This document shows, one piece after another, positions 28,668 through 37,269 of a stretch of DNA of 61,201 nt. A program made the translations under genes and the position numbers. Position 1 is the stretch's first letter; each line of letters starts with the position of its first letter. The stretch covers positions 1 through 61,201 of the forward strand of contig NZ_DATKQC010000198.1 in NCBI RefSeq assembly GCF_035532915.1, read 5' to 3'. Below the pieces are notes generated by a model, which searched no databases, was not told the origin of the DNA, and worked only from the letters and a program-made list of their open reading frames with translations. The stretch is from Edaphobacter sp. Lineage in GTDB: Bacteria; Acidobacteriota; Terriglobia; Terriglobales; Acidobacteriaceae.

Positions 28668-30007
28668 AGAACAAGCCAGCCCAGCCAAAGGCTCCTAAGA
28701 CAAAACGCGCCCCAGTGATGAAGCGCCCAGCCTCTGCTGGCCCAACTGCCACCGCCGAAGCGGCCATCGCTAAGATCACCCCGGCCCGTCTGGCAGCATT
28801 TGAAATTCTGACCCTTGTAGGCGAGGGCAAAGGCCACAGCGACGAGCTGTTGCACTCCCCGCGTATCGAATCGCTCTCGCCCGAAGATCGCAACCTCACC
28901 ACGACGCTGGTCATGGGAGTTCTGCGCTGGCAGATCGCCCTCGACGCTCGCATCCGCACCCTGCTGCAAAGGCCGGAGCAGCGGCTGGCCGAACCGATCT
29001 CACTGGCTCTGCGGCTGGGCGCATTCCAGCTTCTTCATCTCGACCGCATCCCCGCTCACGCTGCCCTCAGCGAGAGCGTGGAGCTATGCCGCGCCGCTGG
29101 CCAGCCTCACGCCACCGGAATGGTCAACGCAGTCCTGCGCAAGCTGGCGGCAGCACAAAAGCCCGGCCAGCGCGTCTTTGAATCCACCGCCGCCTTCTCC
29201 GAGCGCCTTGGTCATCCGCAATGGCTGGTCGAGCGATGGGTCGCCGCCTATGGCCGTGAGGCCGCGCTGAAGATCTGCGAGGCCGACCAGAAAGAGCCAG
29301 CAGAAGGTTCACTCTTCACCGAAAACGGTGGCGACCTGCCGCAGATGGACGACGGCTCCCGTCTGGTAGCCGAGCTTGCCGCAGCAGCCGCGCCGCACGC
29401 AAAGACCGTATGGGACTGCTGCGCTGCGCCCGGTGGCAAGACTCTCATCCTCGCCCATCGGCTGGCCTCATCGGCGATCACCGCCAGCGATGTCAGCGCA
29501 AAGCGACTCGCCCAGACCGAAGCCCGCTTTCGCCGCTACGCCTATGCCGAGCGCATCCGCTGCGCCGTCGCCGATGCCACCACTCCCTCCGGCAACCAGA
29601 GCTTCGATCTAATCCTCTGCGATGTGCCTTGCAGCGGCACCGGCACTTTAGCCGGAAACCCGGAGATTCGCCATCGCCTCAAGCCTGAAGATTTTCCTCG
29701 TCAGGCAGCGCGGCAAAAGGCAATCCTGAAGGCTACGCTGAAGCAGCTTGCTCCCGGCGGCAAGCTGGTCTACTCCACCTGTTCGTTGGAGCCGGAAGAG
29801 TGCGAACAGATCGTAGCGGAAGTTATTGCCGGAACAAATATCGTCCGAACTCCGATTGAAGCTCTGATGAAGCAGCTATCGGATTCAGGCACTCTCCGGC
29901 AAGATGCCGATCTCACCTCCGCCGTGCGTGACGGAGCGCTACGAACGCTTCCCGGCGTCCACGCCTGTGACGGCTTCTACGCAGCCGTGTTCGAAGCTGC
30001 GAAATAG
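28664..30007 (+). CDS. rsmB: RsmB/Sun-like RNA m5C methyltransferase (NusB-like domain plus SAM domain)
   Basis: NusB-like VNAVLR, DCCAAPGGKT, DVPCSGTG, LVYSTCS. Follows def-fmt. True start ATG 28664. Confidence 0.85.
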   Translation: MKNKPAQPKAPKTKRAPVMKRPASAGPTATAEAAIAKITPARLAAFEILTLVGEGKGHSDELLHSPRIESLSPEDRNLTTTLVMGVLRWQIALDARIRTLLQRPEQRLAEPISLALRLGAFQLLHLDRIPAHAALSESVELCRAAGQPHATGMVNAVLRKLAAAQKPGQRVFESTAAFSERLGHPQWLVERWVAAYGREAALKICEADQKEPAEGSLFTENGGDLPQMDDGSRLVAELAAAAAPHAKTVWDCCAAPGGKTLILAHRLASSAITASDVSAKRLAQTEARFRRYAYAERIRCAVADATTPSGNQSFDLILCDVPCSGTGTLAGNPEIRHRLKPEDFPRQAARQKAILKATLKQLAPGGKLVYSTCSLEPEECEQIVAEVIAGTNIVRTPIEALMKQLSDSGTLRQDADLTSAVRDGALRTLPGVHACDGFYAAVFEAAK

Positions 30008-30024
30008 GTTTAGCTCAAAAAAGA

Positions 30025-30837
30025 CTAGTGAGTCAGCGTGATGTGAACGGCATCGCCCTTCACCACGCGATATCCAGCCAGCGGACTCTGGTCCACCACC
30101 GTACCCGGCTGCACCGCCGCTGTTGCTGGGACAGCCGCGACAGGCGCTCCGGAAGCTGCCGGAATCGCAGGAGCTGTCGGAGCAGTGGGTACCGGGGGTG
30201 CAGGCAGGTTGACGTCCTCTATGCTGGCGATGTGAACCCCAGCCGCAGCCGCGCGGGCTACGGCGCTGGCCAGGGTCAGGCCGGTAAGCGAAGGCATCAC
30301 ATACGCTGTCGCGTCAGGATCTTGCGGTGCGCTGAGCAGCAGGCTTACGCGAGGGCGGTCGATGCCCGAGGCATTCGGTGTAGGCGTCTGGGCCAGCACA
30401 ACCCCATTCTCGGCATCAACTGGAAGCTGGGCAACTGTCCCCATGTCGAGCGTGAGGCGACGCATCAGGATGGAGGCTGGCCGCTCCGTCTGTCCGATCA
30501 GGTTGGGCACGGATACCTTCTGTGGCCCAAGGCTCTCGGTGACGCGCACCGTCCATTCGCGTCGGACGGTGGCTCCAGAGGTAGGCGACTGGGCAAGAAT
30601 ATGTCCGGGAGCAACATCGTTTGAATAGAATCGGTTCTCGACGTTGAGGTTGAGTCCTTGCGAGCTGGCCGCCTGGCTGGCCTCGGCGATGGTGAGTCCG
30701 GAGAGGTTGGGGACCTCGACCTCGCGGCCATGAATGGCGAGGCGCATGGTAAGGAACGCGGAGATGAGCGCAACCGCAAGCATCGCCATCGCACCGAGAA
30801 GAATATTGAAAAATCGGTTGATGCTGGAGATCTTCAT
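30025..30837 (-). CDS. Membrane-anchored PASTA-domain protein
   Basis: N-terminal TM, then VEVPNLSG, VSVPNLIG and VMPSLTG repeats with ILAQSP/VLAQTP/VVDQSP. Confidence 0.88.
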   Translation of the reverse strand: MKISSINRFFNILLGAMAMLAVALISAFLTMRLAIHGREVEVPNLSGLTIAEASQAASSQGLNLNVENRFYSNDVAPGHILAQSPTSGATVRREWTVRVTESLGPQKVSVPNLIGQTERPASILMRRLTLDMGTVAQLPVDAENGVVLAQTPTPNASGIDRPRVSLLLSAPQDPDATAYVMPSLTGLTLASAVARAAAAGVHIASIEDVNLPAPPVPTAPTAPAIPAASGAPVAAVPATAAVQPGTVVDQSPLAGYRVVKGDAVHITLTH

Positions 30838-30856
30838 CAACGTCAGGATACAGTCT

Positions 30857-32314
30857 TCAGCCGCGATTATCGGTGGCAGGTTCGGGATGAATTAACAGCC
30901 GGTTGACCTCGGGAGCGTCCAACTTGAAAGCTCCTTCGAGCGCGGTAATTACGGCGTGAACCTCGGCCATCGGCAGATCATCAGGTAGGGTGCAGTGGCA
31001 ACTCACCTGGATGCGGTCGCTTCCAGGGTTGGGAATGCGGGTGACGAAGACCTCGTGGATATCGAGTATCTCGGGGAACACTGCGGCGGCGCGACGAAGG
31101 CGAACTTCGAGCTGGCGGTCGCGCTCGAGCGAGGCGGGACGTTCAATCGTGGCCGGTTCGCTCTCGATATGGGTGAGGATGGTAGCGATGCCGGGGATCT
31201 CGCGGCGCATGTCGGATTCAAGCTGGGTAGCCAGCGCGTGCGCGTCGCGCAGAGGCATGGTCTCGTCCACTTCGAGATGCTGTTCAACATGCAGTTGATA
31301 GTTGTACTCCTGCACGCTGACGTCGTGGATGGTGAGGTTGGAGCGCGCGGCGACGGCGCGGATGCGGTCGTGGACGCTCTCTGCCATGGAAGCGGTGGGA
31401 ACGGAATGAACGACGACGTCGGCACCGGGGAGATGGCGCTGCACGGCTGTGGTGGCGGCTGCGGTGATCTGTTCGGAGCGTTGGAAGGTGAGCTTGCGCG
31501 GCATTCCGAGGGTGACGTCGGCGAAGTAGCTGGAGCCGGAGCGGCGGGTGCGGACGCGATCGACGGAGAGAACGCCGTCGATGGCGGCCAGGTCGAGGAT
31601 GAGGTCGCGGCGGGTCTGGGCGCGGGTCTCGGCGGGTGTGGCGTCGAGAAGGGCATCGATGGTGTGGCGAGCGAGCTGCCAACTGACGCGGAGGATGATG
31701 CCGGAGACGATGAGGGCCGCGATGGGGTCGGCGAGTTCGAGGAAGGGAAGGTGCCAGTGCTTGCCCGCGTAGGTTGCGGCAAGGCCGAGGAGGACGGCGA
31801 AGGACGACCAGATGTCGGTGCGGAAGTGGATAGCGTCGGCTTTGAGCGCTTCGCTGTTGTGTTGGACGGCGACACGGTGGAGGGTGCGGGAGCGGGAGTA
31901 GTCCACGGTGATCGAGAGCAGAAGGACTGCGAAGGGCCACACGGAGAAGGTGAGCGCGAGGTTCTGGTGGAAGAGGATGCGGCGGATGGCCTCGGTGAGA
32001 ATCCAGATGCAGGAGCCGAGCATCAGCACGGTTTCGACGAAGGCAGAGAGACTTTCGATCTTGCCGTGGCCGTAGTTGTGGTCTTCGTCGGCGGGACGGT
32101 CGGAGACCTGTACCGAGAAAAAAGTGATGGCTGCGGCGCAGAGGTCGATGCCGGAGTGGGCCGCTTCGGAGAGCATGCCGAGGGAGCCGGTAAAGATTCC
32201 GGTGATCAGCTTAAGCAAAGTAATGATGAGCGCGGCGAAGACGGACAACAGCGCGGCGGAACGCTTGGCGGCGTGTGTGTGCGCTGCTTCTTCGGGCGTC
32301 GTAACAAGGGCCAT
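30857..32314 (-). CDS. Cation diffusion facilitator family transporter with three C-terminal dimerisation-type domains
   Basis: SEAAHSGID, PADEDHNYGHGKIE, ADAIHFRTD. Start ATG 32314. Confidence 0.9.
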   Translation of the reverse strand: MALVTTPEEAAHTHAAKRSAALLSVFAALIITLLKLITGIFTGSLGMLSEAAHSGIDLCAAAITFFSVQVSDRPADEDHNYGHGKIESLSAFVETVLMLGSCIWILTEAIRRILFHQNLALTFSVWPFAVLLLSITVDYSRSRTLHRVAVQHNSEALKADAIHFRTDIWSSFAVLLGLAATYAGKHWHLPFLELADPIAALIVSGIILRVSWQLARHTIDALLDATPAETRAQTRRDLILDLAAIDGVLSVDRVRTRRSGSSYFADVTLGMPRKLTFQRSEQITAAATTAVQRHLPGADVVVHSVPTASMAESVHDRIRAVAARSNLTIHDVSVQEYNYQLHVEQHLEVDETMPLRDAHALATQLESDMRREIPGIATILTHIESEPATIERPASLERDRQLEVRLRRAAAVFPEILDIHEVFVTRIPNPGSDRIQVSCHCTLPDDLPMAEVHAVITALEGAFKLDAPEVNRLLIHPEPATDNRG

Positions 32315-32400
32315 GGGAAAGATGCTACATGGGTTTAAGGGGAGATGATGCCTAACTGACTTGCGGGAGTCGTCAGAGTCTGGTGATGTCCCCAAAGATT

Positions 32401-32470
32401 CCCTCAGAGGCTAAAGCCTCTTTTCATAAGAATGAGTTACGGCGCGGCTGAAGCCGCGCCCTTTCAAAAC
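32401..32470. repeat. REP-like pair of GGC-TNAA-GCC hairpins
   Basis: AGAGGC-TAAA-GCCTCT (32406-32421) and GGCGCGGC-TGAA-GCCGCGCC followed by CTTTCAAAAC (32441-32470). Confidence 0.7.
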
Positions 32471-32501
32471 CAAGACTTGATCGGAGGGTTCCTTAGAGTC
32501 T

Positions 32502-32803
32502 GGGGGCACCCCCCCGGGGTATCTTTCCCGTAAACTATTATGATTCATCAAGTTACTGGAATTGATCTTCGCAAAATATTCATCCTTCAAGGGTTAGATA
32601 TCAAAATATTGATTCTAAATGGCTTACAGGCAAGGTATTGCGGTCATTGGGGTTCTGTTTTGTTAACTGTTTCAAGTTTAGCGAATTGGGTGAAACTGTT
32701 TTGCAGCTTTTGAAGATTTATTTTTTAGGTCTAAGTCATTTTATTTGTTGGAGATGCCGGGATAGCTCAAGGATGATGGGGCTTGACATGGAGTTTTGCC
32801 GGG
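32502..32803. repeat. AT-rich intergenic element, copy 1 (four 26-bp units)
   Basis: Units at 32530, 32571, 32601 and 32630. 39-bp block 32667-32705 and GGGGCTTGACA 32778-32788 are shared with 50784-51004. Confidence 0.75.
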
Positions 32804-32809
32804 TTTCCG

Positions 32810-33643
32810 TCAGGGTTTGGTGGCGCGATAGAGACCGGCGGTGCCGAAGGTGTAGCTGGTCCAACTGGCGTCGGTGAAGCCAGCCTGTTGGATCAGTTCG
32901 ATCATGCGCGACGGGCTGGGGAAGCGGGCAACGGAGTCGGGGAGATAGGTGTAGGCTGCCGGGTCTCCGGAGATGAGGCCGCCGAAACGAGGCAGAATCT
33001 GCTTGAAGTAGAGGTTGTAGAGCGCACCGGTGAGGCCGGTGGGCTGGTTGAAGTCGAGGATGCCGATCTGGCCACCGGGGCGGAGGATGCGGTGCAGTTC
33101 GGCAAGGCCTGCTTCGTAGTTGCTCAGGTTGCGGAAGCCGAAGGCGGAGGTGACGAGGTCAATGGAGTTGGACGCGATGGGGAGGTGGAGGGCGTCGGCT
33201 TCGATGGGGATAATGTTGTGCGGGGCGAACTTTTCGGCTCCGCGGGAGAGCATCTGGTGCGAGAAGTCTACGGCGAGAATGGGGGAAGGGGGCTTGGGAT
33301 TTGGTGGCGCTTCGATCCCATGTCTCAGAATCGAGACATGGGGCACCCGGTTCTGTGCTGATTTGGGGCGGTGTTTGAGGAGGGTGAGAGTCATGTCGCC
33401 TGTGCCGCAGCAGAGGTCGAGGGCTACGGACTCGGGGCGTTGGAGGATAGGGCGGAAGGTGCGGGCGGCGCGTGCCCACCACCAGCGGTCAATACCGACG
33501 GAGAGGACATGGTTGAGCAGGTCGTACTTCGGCGCGATGGTGTCGAACATCTGCTGGACGTTCGCGGCGGCGTCCTGATCGGTGGTGGTGCCGGTGGGAC
33601 GGGCTCCGATGGTGTGTTCCGATGTGTTTTGCTGTGTTGCCAT
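32810..33643 (-). CDS. menG: Demethylmenaquinone/ubiquinone methyltransferase (UbiE/MenG)
   Basis: MFDTIAPKYDLLNHVLS, LDLCCGTGD, AFGFRN, AYTYLPDSV. Carries a repeat-derived loop insertion. Confidence 0.9.
   Translation of the reverse strand: MATQQNTSEHTIGARPTGTTTDQDAAANVQQMFDTIAPKYDLLNHVLSVGIDRWWWARAARTFRPILQRPESVALDLCCGTGDMTLTLLKHRPKSAQNRVPHVSILRHGIEAPPNPKPPSPILAVDFSHQMLSRGAEKFAPHNIIPIEADALHLPIASNSIDLVTSAFGFRNLSNYEAGLAELHRILRPGGQIGILDFNQPTGLTGALYNLYFKQILPRFGGLISGDPAAYTYLPDSVARFPSPSRMIELIQQAGFTDASWTSYTFGTAGLYRATKP
33317..33348. repeat. Palindromic REP-like repeat inside menG
   Basis: CCCATGTCTC-AGAATC-GAGACATGGG-GCACCC; 30/32 identical to 55161-55192. Confidence 0.9.
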
Positions 33644-34779
33644 TACCGCTTGCGCTTTCGTGTCGATGCGGGCTTGGGTGTTGTAGTGTGTTGGCGCATG
33701 AGGTCGAGCATGGATTCGGCGGCGGCGAGGAGTTCGGGCTGGGTGACGTCGCGGACGATCTTCACGGTGCCGATGCCGGTGGGCAGGATGAAGGAGAGCG
33801 TGCCGCTGCGGTTCTTCTTGTCGCTGGAGGTGAGTGCTACTAATTTTGCGGCTGTCGCCTTGAAGGACGAGAGCGGTCCGTAGCGGAGGATGAGCGCGAT
33901 GATGCGGTCGGATTGTGCCTGCGTGATGAGTTTGCGCGACAGGCCGAGATGGGTGGCGGCGATGCTGCCCCAGCCTACGGCTTCGCCGTGGAGGAGCTGC
34001 TTGTAGCTGGTGGCGGCTTCGATGGCATGGCCGATGGTGTGGCCGTAGTTGAGGATCATGCGCAGGCCGGACTCGCGCTCGTCGTTGGCGACGACGTCGG
34101 CCTTGACGCGGACGCTGGCGGTGACGACGTGGGTGAGAGCTTTGGCGTCTCCCTTGAGGATGGCGTCGGCGTTCTGCTCCATGTATTTGAAGAGCCTGGG
34201 ATCGCGGATGATTCCGGCTTTGACGGACTCCTGTAGCCCGGCGCGGAGCTGGGCCGGAGGCAGGGTGGCTAGTATGTCGGTATCGGCGAGGACGGCGAGG
34301 GGATGGTTGAAGCTGCCGACGAGGTTTTTTCCAGCGACGAGGTTGACTCCGGTTTTGCCGCCGATGGAGGAGTCTACCTGCGCGAGGAGTGTGGTGGGAA
34401 TTTGTATGTAGGGGATGCCGCGCATGTAGATGGCGGCGAGGAATCCGGTGATGTCGCCGATCACGCCACCACCAAAGGCGATGAGTAGTGAGTCGCGGTC
34501 GGCCCCGGCGGTGGCGAGCTGCTGCGCGAGAGATTCGACGCTGGCGAGGCGCTTGTGGGCTTCGCCGCTGGGCAGGAAGAGGACGGTGGGCGGCTGCTTG
34601 AACGATGGGAGGGCCTGCCTGTGCCAGAGGCCCCAGATCTCGGGCGAGGTGACGATGAAGGGGCGGAACGGCTTGCCCTTTGCCAGTTTGTTGAGGCGCG
34701 GCGCGAGAGTGCGCAGGAGGCCGGAGGCGATGGTGATGTCGTAGGCGGCGGAGGGCGTCTTGAGGGAGATGACGGGCAC
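33643..34779 (-). CDS. aroB: 3-dehydroquinate synthase
   Basis: [49 protein letters not shown]. Start GTG 34779. Confidence 0.96.
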   Translation of the reverse strand: MPVISLKTPSAAYDITIASGLLRTLAPRLNKLAKGKPFRPFIVTSPEIWGLWHRQALPSFKQPPTVLFLPSGEAHKRLASVESLAQQLATAGADRDSLLIAFGGGVIGDITGFLAAIYMRGIPYIQIPTTLLAQVDSSIGGKTGVNLVAGKNLVGSFNHPLAVLADTDILATLPPAQLRAGLQESVKAGIIRDPRLFKYMEQNADAILKGDAKALTHVVTASVRVKADVVANDERESGLRMILNYGHTIGHAIEAATSYKQLLHGEAVGWGSIAATHLGLSRKLITQAQSDRIIALILRYGPLSSFKATAAKLVALTSSDKKNRSGTLSFILPTGIGTVKIVRDVTQPELLAAAESMLDLMRQHTTTPKPASTRKRKR

Positions 34780-34833
34780 GATATCTCCATGGTATCGTGT
34801 GTTGCGGTGATTCTGGAGTAGTAGCATCGAAGG

Positions 34834-36396
34834 ATGGAACAAGTTGATTTTCTTGTAGTCGGTGCGGGAATTGCGGGTCTGAGTGCGGCGATTTGCCTGG
34901 CGCGGGTGGGCAGGGTGATGGTCGTCACCAAGGAAGAGCTGGCGGAGTCGAATACGGCTTATGCGCAGGGCGGCATCGCGGTGGCGATGGGCGGCGAGGA
35001 GGACGTCGCGCTGCATCTCGAAGATACGATGAGCGCGGGCGATGGGCTGGTGAACCGCGAGGCTGCTGCGGTGCTGGTGGAGCAGGGGCCGCGACGGGTG
35101 GAGGAGCTGCTGGCGTGGGGAACGAAGTTCGACCGCGAGAATGGTGAGCTGATGCGGACACGCGAAGGGGCGCACAGCCGGTCGCGGATTCTGCATGCGA
35201 ATGGCGATGCTACGGGCAAAGAGATTGCCGTGTCGCTGCTGCGGCATGTGCGCGAGATGGATTCGATTGAGCTGATGGAGTGGACGACCGGCGTGGATCT
35301 GCTGGTGGAAGGCGGGCGCGTGGTGGGGGCTACGCTGCTCGATGGCGAGGGCGGCGTGCGCGTGGTTCGGGCGAAGGCGGTGTTGCTGGCCAGTGGTGGG
35401 GCAGGGCAGGTCTATAGCGACACGACCAATCCGGCGGTGGCTACAGGGGACGGCATCGCGATGGCTTACCGGGCGGGCGCCGAGGTCAGCGATATGGAGT
35501 TCTACCAGTTTCATCCGACGGCGTTCAGCGCGCCGGGTGCGCCGAGGTTTTTGATGAGCGAGGCGTTGCGGGGCGAGGGGGCTTATCTGGTGAACGCCAA
35601 AGGTGAGCGGTTCATGGAGCGGTATCATCCGCTGCTGGAACTGGCTCCGCGGGACGTGGTGGCGCGGGCGATCACGCATGAGGGCATGGACGGCGAAGTC
35701 TATCTGGACATGCGCGGCGTCGGAATCAAGAAGGATCTGCAGACGCGCTTTCCGGGGATCTCAAAGTTTCTGGCGAAGTACAGGCTGGAGCTGGGACGCG
35801 ACCTGATTCCGGTGCGTCCGGCGGCGCACTACCTGATGGGTGGCGTACGCACGGATGTGCATGGACGGAGTTCTCTGCCTGGGCTTTATGCGGCGGGCGA
35901 GGTGGCGTGCACGGGAGTCCACGGAGCGAATCGGCTGGCCAGCAACTCTCTGCTGGAGGGGCTGGTCTTCGGGGTGTTGGCTGCAGAGGCGATGCTCGCC
36001 GATGACGACAGGGCCCAGGGACCAGGGACCAGGGATCAGGCGGCGGACGTGGTGACTTCGGTTAGGGGTGGAACTACCGGAGAGAAAGCCACGGAGCGAT
36101 GGATTGCGGAGCTGCGCGATCTGATGTGGAAGTATGCCGGCTTGCTGCGAGATGCGGCGGGGTTGGGGGAGGCCCAGCGGAGGCTGGACGCGCTGGCGGT
36201 GACGATGCCGCAAGGGATGTTCCGGCGAGCGCTGGAGGCCCGCAACCTGCATAGTGTGGCTGGATTGATCGTGGCGGCGGCCCTGGGCCGCGAAGAGAGC
36301 AGGGGAGCGCATTACCGCAATGATTTTCCGGAGAGACACGCTGCGGCGCGACACTCGGTGATGGCGAAGGGGCGGTTGGAGTTCGTAAACAACTGA
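34834..36396 (+). CDS. nadB: L-aspartate oxidase
   Basis: GAGIAG FAD motif, [55 protein letters not shown]. Confidence 0.96.
   Translation: MEQVDFLVVGAGIAGLSAAICLARVGRVMVVTKEELAESNTAYAQGGIAVAMGGEEDVALHLEDTMSAGDGLVNREAAAVLVEQGPRRVEELLAWGTKFDRENGELMRTREGAHSRSRILHANGDATGKEIAVSLLRHVREMDSIELMEWTTGVDLLVEGGRVVGATLLDGEGGVRVVRAKAVLLASGGAGQVYSDTTNPAVATGDGIAMAYRAGAEVSDMEFYQFHPTAFSAPGAPRFLMSEALRGEGAYLVNAKGERFMERYHPLLELAPRDVVARAITHEGMDGEVYLDMRGVGIKKDLQTRFPGISKFLAKYRLELGRDLIPVRPAAHYLMGGVRTDVHGRSSLPGLYAAGEVACTGVHGANRLASNSLLEGLVFGVLAAEAMLADDDRAQGPGTRDQAADVVTSVRGGTTGEKATERWIAELRDLMWKYAGLLRDAAGLGEAQRRLDALAVTMPQGMFRRALEARNLHSVAGLIVAAALGREESRGAHYRNDFPERHAAARHSVMAKGRLEFVNN
36009..36040 (+). repeat. Heptamer tandem repeat inside nadB
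   Basis: CAGGGCC CAGGGAC CAGGGAC CAGGGAT CAGG, encoding [10 protein letters not shown]. Confidence 0.8.
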
Positions 36397-36469
36397 CCAC
36401 GGATTACGCGGATAAACGCGGATGAAAGACAAAGCTTGATCCGTGTTTTCCACGTAATCCGTGGTCGAT
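36395..36469. mobile_element. Gene-less miniature of the inverted-repeat element at 15482-15748
   Basis: Left arm GACCACGGATTACGCGGATAAACGCGGAT (36395-36423), right arm ATCCGTGTTTTCCACGTAATCCGTGGTC(GAT) (36439-36469), 15-nt spacer. Confidence 0.75.
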
Positions 36470-36480
36470 GATTTTGAATT

Positions 36481-37176
36481 TTAGAAGCGGAGGTAGAAGC
36501 CGACACCAGGCTCGAAGGTGGAGGTACGGTGCAGGATGGTCAGGTAGTTCTGGCCGAAGTCGGGGGCGAGGAAGAAGACCTGGCGGAACTGGGCGCGGAG
36601 ACCGAAGTGAGGTGAGATCGCGTCATCGACTCCGGCCGAATAATAATAGGCCGCACGGGCCTGTTCGCGGAGTGACTGGCCGCCGAAGGTCGTAGGGCGG
36701 AAGGCGATGGTGCCGAGTCCGGCGGAGAGAAATGGCTTCAAGGTGAACAGCTTCGGTGTATGGGCGACGTAGCCGAGGGTGTACTCCGAGGCATTGGTCT
36801 GGACACCGGCGCTGGCGGCGCCACCGCTTGAGGGCGAGCCGAAGGGAGTAAAGGTCTCGGTATATCGAGCGTAGGTGTAGTTGCCTTCAAAACCGACGTA
36901 GGGGGACTTGATGTAACGGATCGTTATCAAGGCGCCGAGGGTGTTGCCGGTCGAGAGATTGACCGTGAGCGGGGTTCCATTGGCGTCGGTGGGGCCGCTT
37001 TTGGGAATGCCGCTGCCGCTGCCGTTGAACTGGCCGATGCCGCTGACGCTGAAGTCGATGCGATCGAGCTGTTTCTGGAGGGCGGGGGATTGAGCCTTTG
37101 CGGTTGGTGCCGCCAGAGTTGCGAGCAGGCAAAGCGTAATACTCCAGACACAGGACAGGCGGGACACATTCAACAT
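36481..37176 (-). CDS. Outer-membrane beta-barrel protein
   Basis: Signal peptide, amphipathic strands, C-terminal GVGFYLRF. Confidence 0.8.
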   Translation of the reverse strand: MLNVSRLSCVWSITLCLLATLAAPTAKAQSPALQKQLDRIDFSVSGIGQFNGSGSGIPKSGPTDANGTPLTVNLSTGNTLGALITIRYIKSPYVGFEGNYTYARYTETFTPFGSPSSGGAASAGVQTNASEYTLGYVAHTPKLFTLKPFLSAGLGTIAFRPTTFGGQSLREQARAAYYYSAGVDDAISPHFGLRAQFRQVFFLAPDFGQNYLTILHRTSTFEPGVGFYLRF

Positions 37177-37269
37177 CGAGACGAAACTCCCTTGAGCAAA
37201 ACTTTGGACGATACTTTTGAAGCAAACGGCAGTGCTTTCAGTTTACCCCGGTTGCCGCAGTGGTGCGCC

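Noticed and set aside
32530-32655. Tandem units as a CRISPR array
   Set aside because: The period is 29-41 bp with only 11-nt variable cores and degenerate flanks, too short for repeat-spacer units, and no cas genes are in the window. Kept as a separate unexplained element.
34780-35679. N-terminal extension making AroB 678 aa
   Set aside because: Antisense to nadB; AroB similarity begins at GTG 34779.
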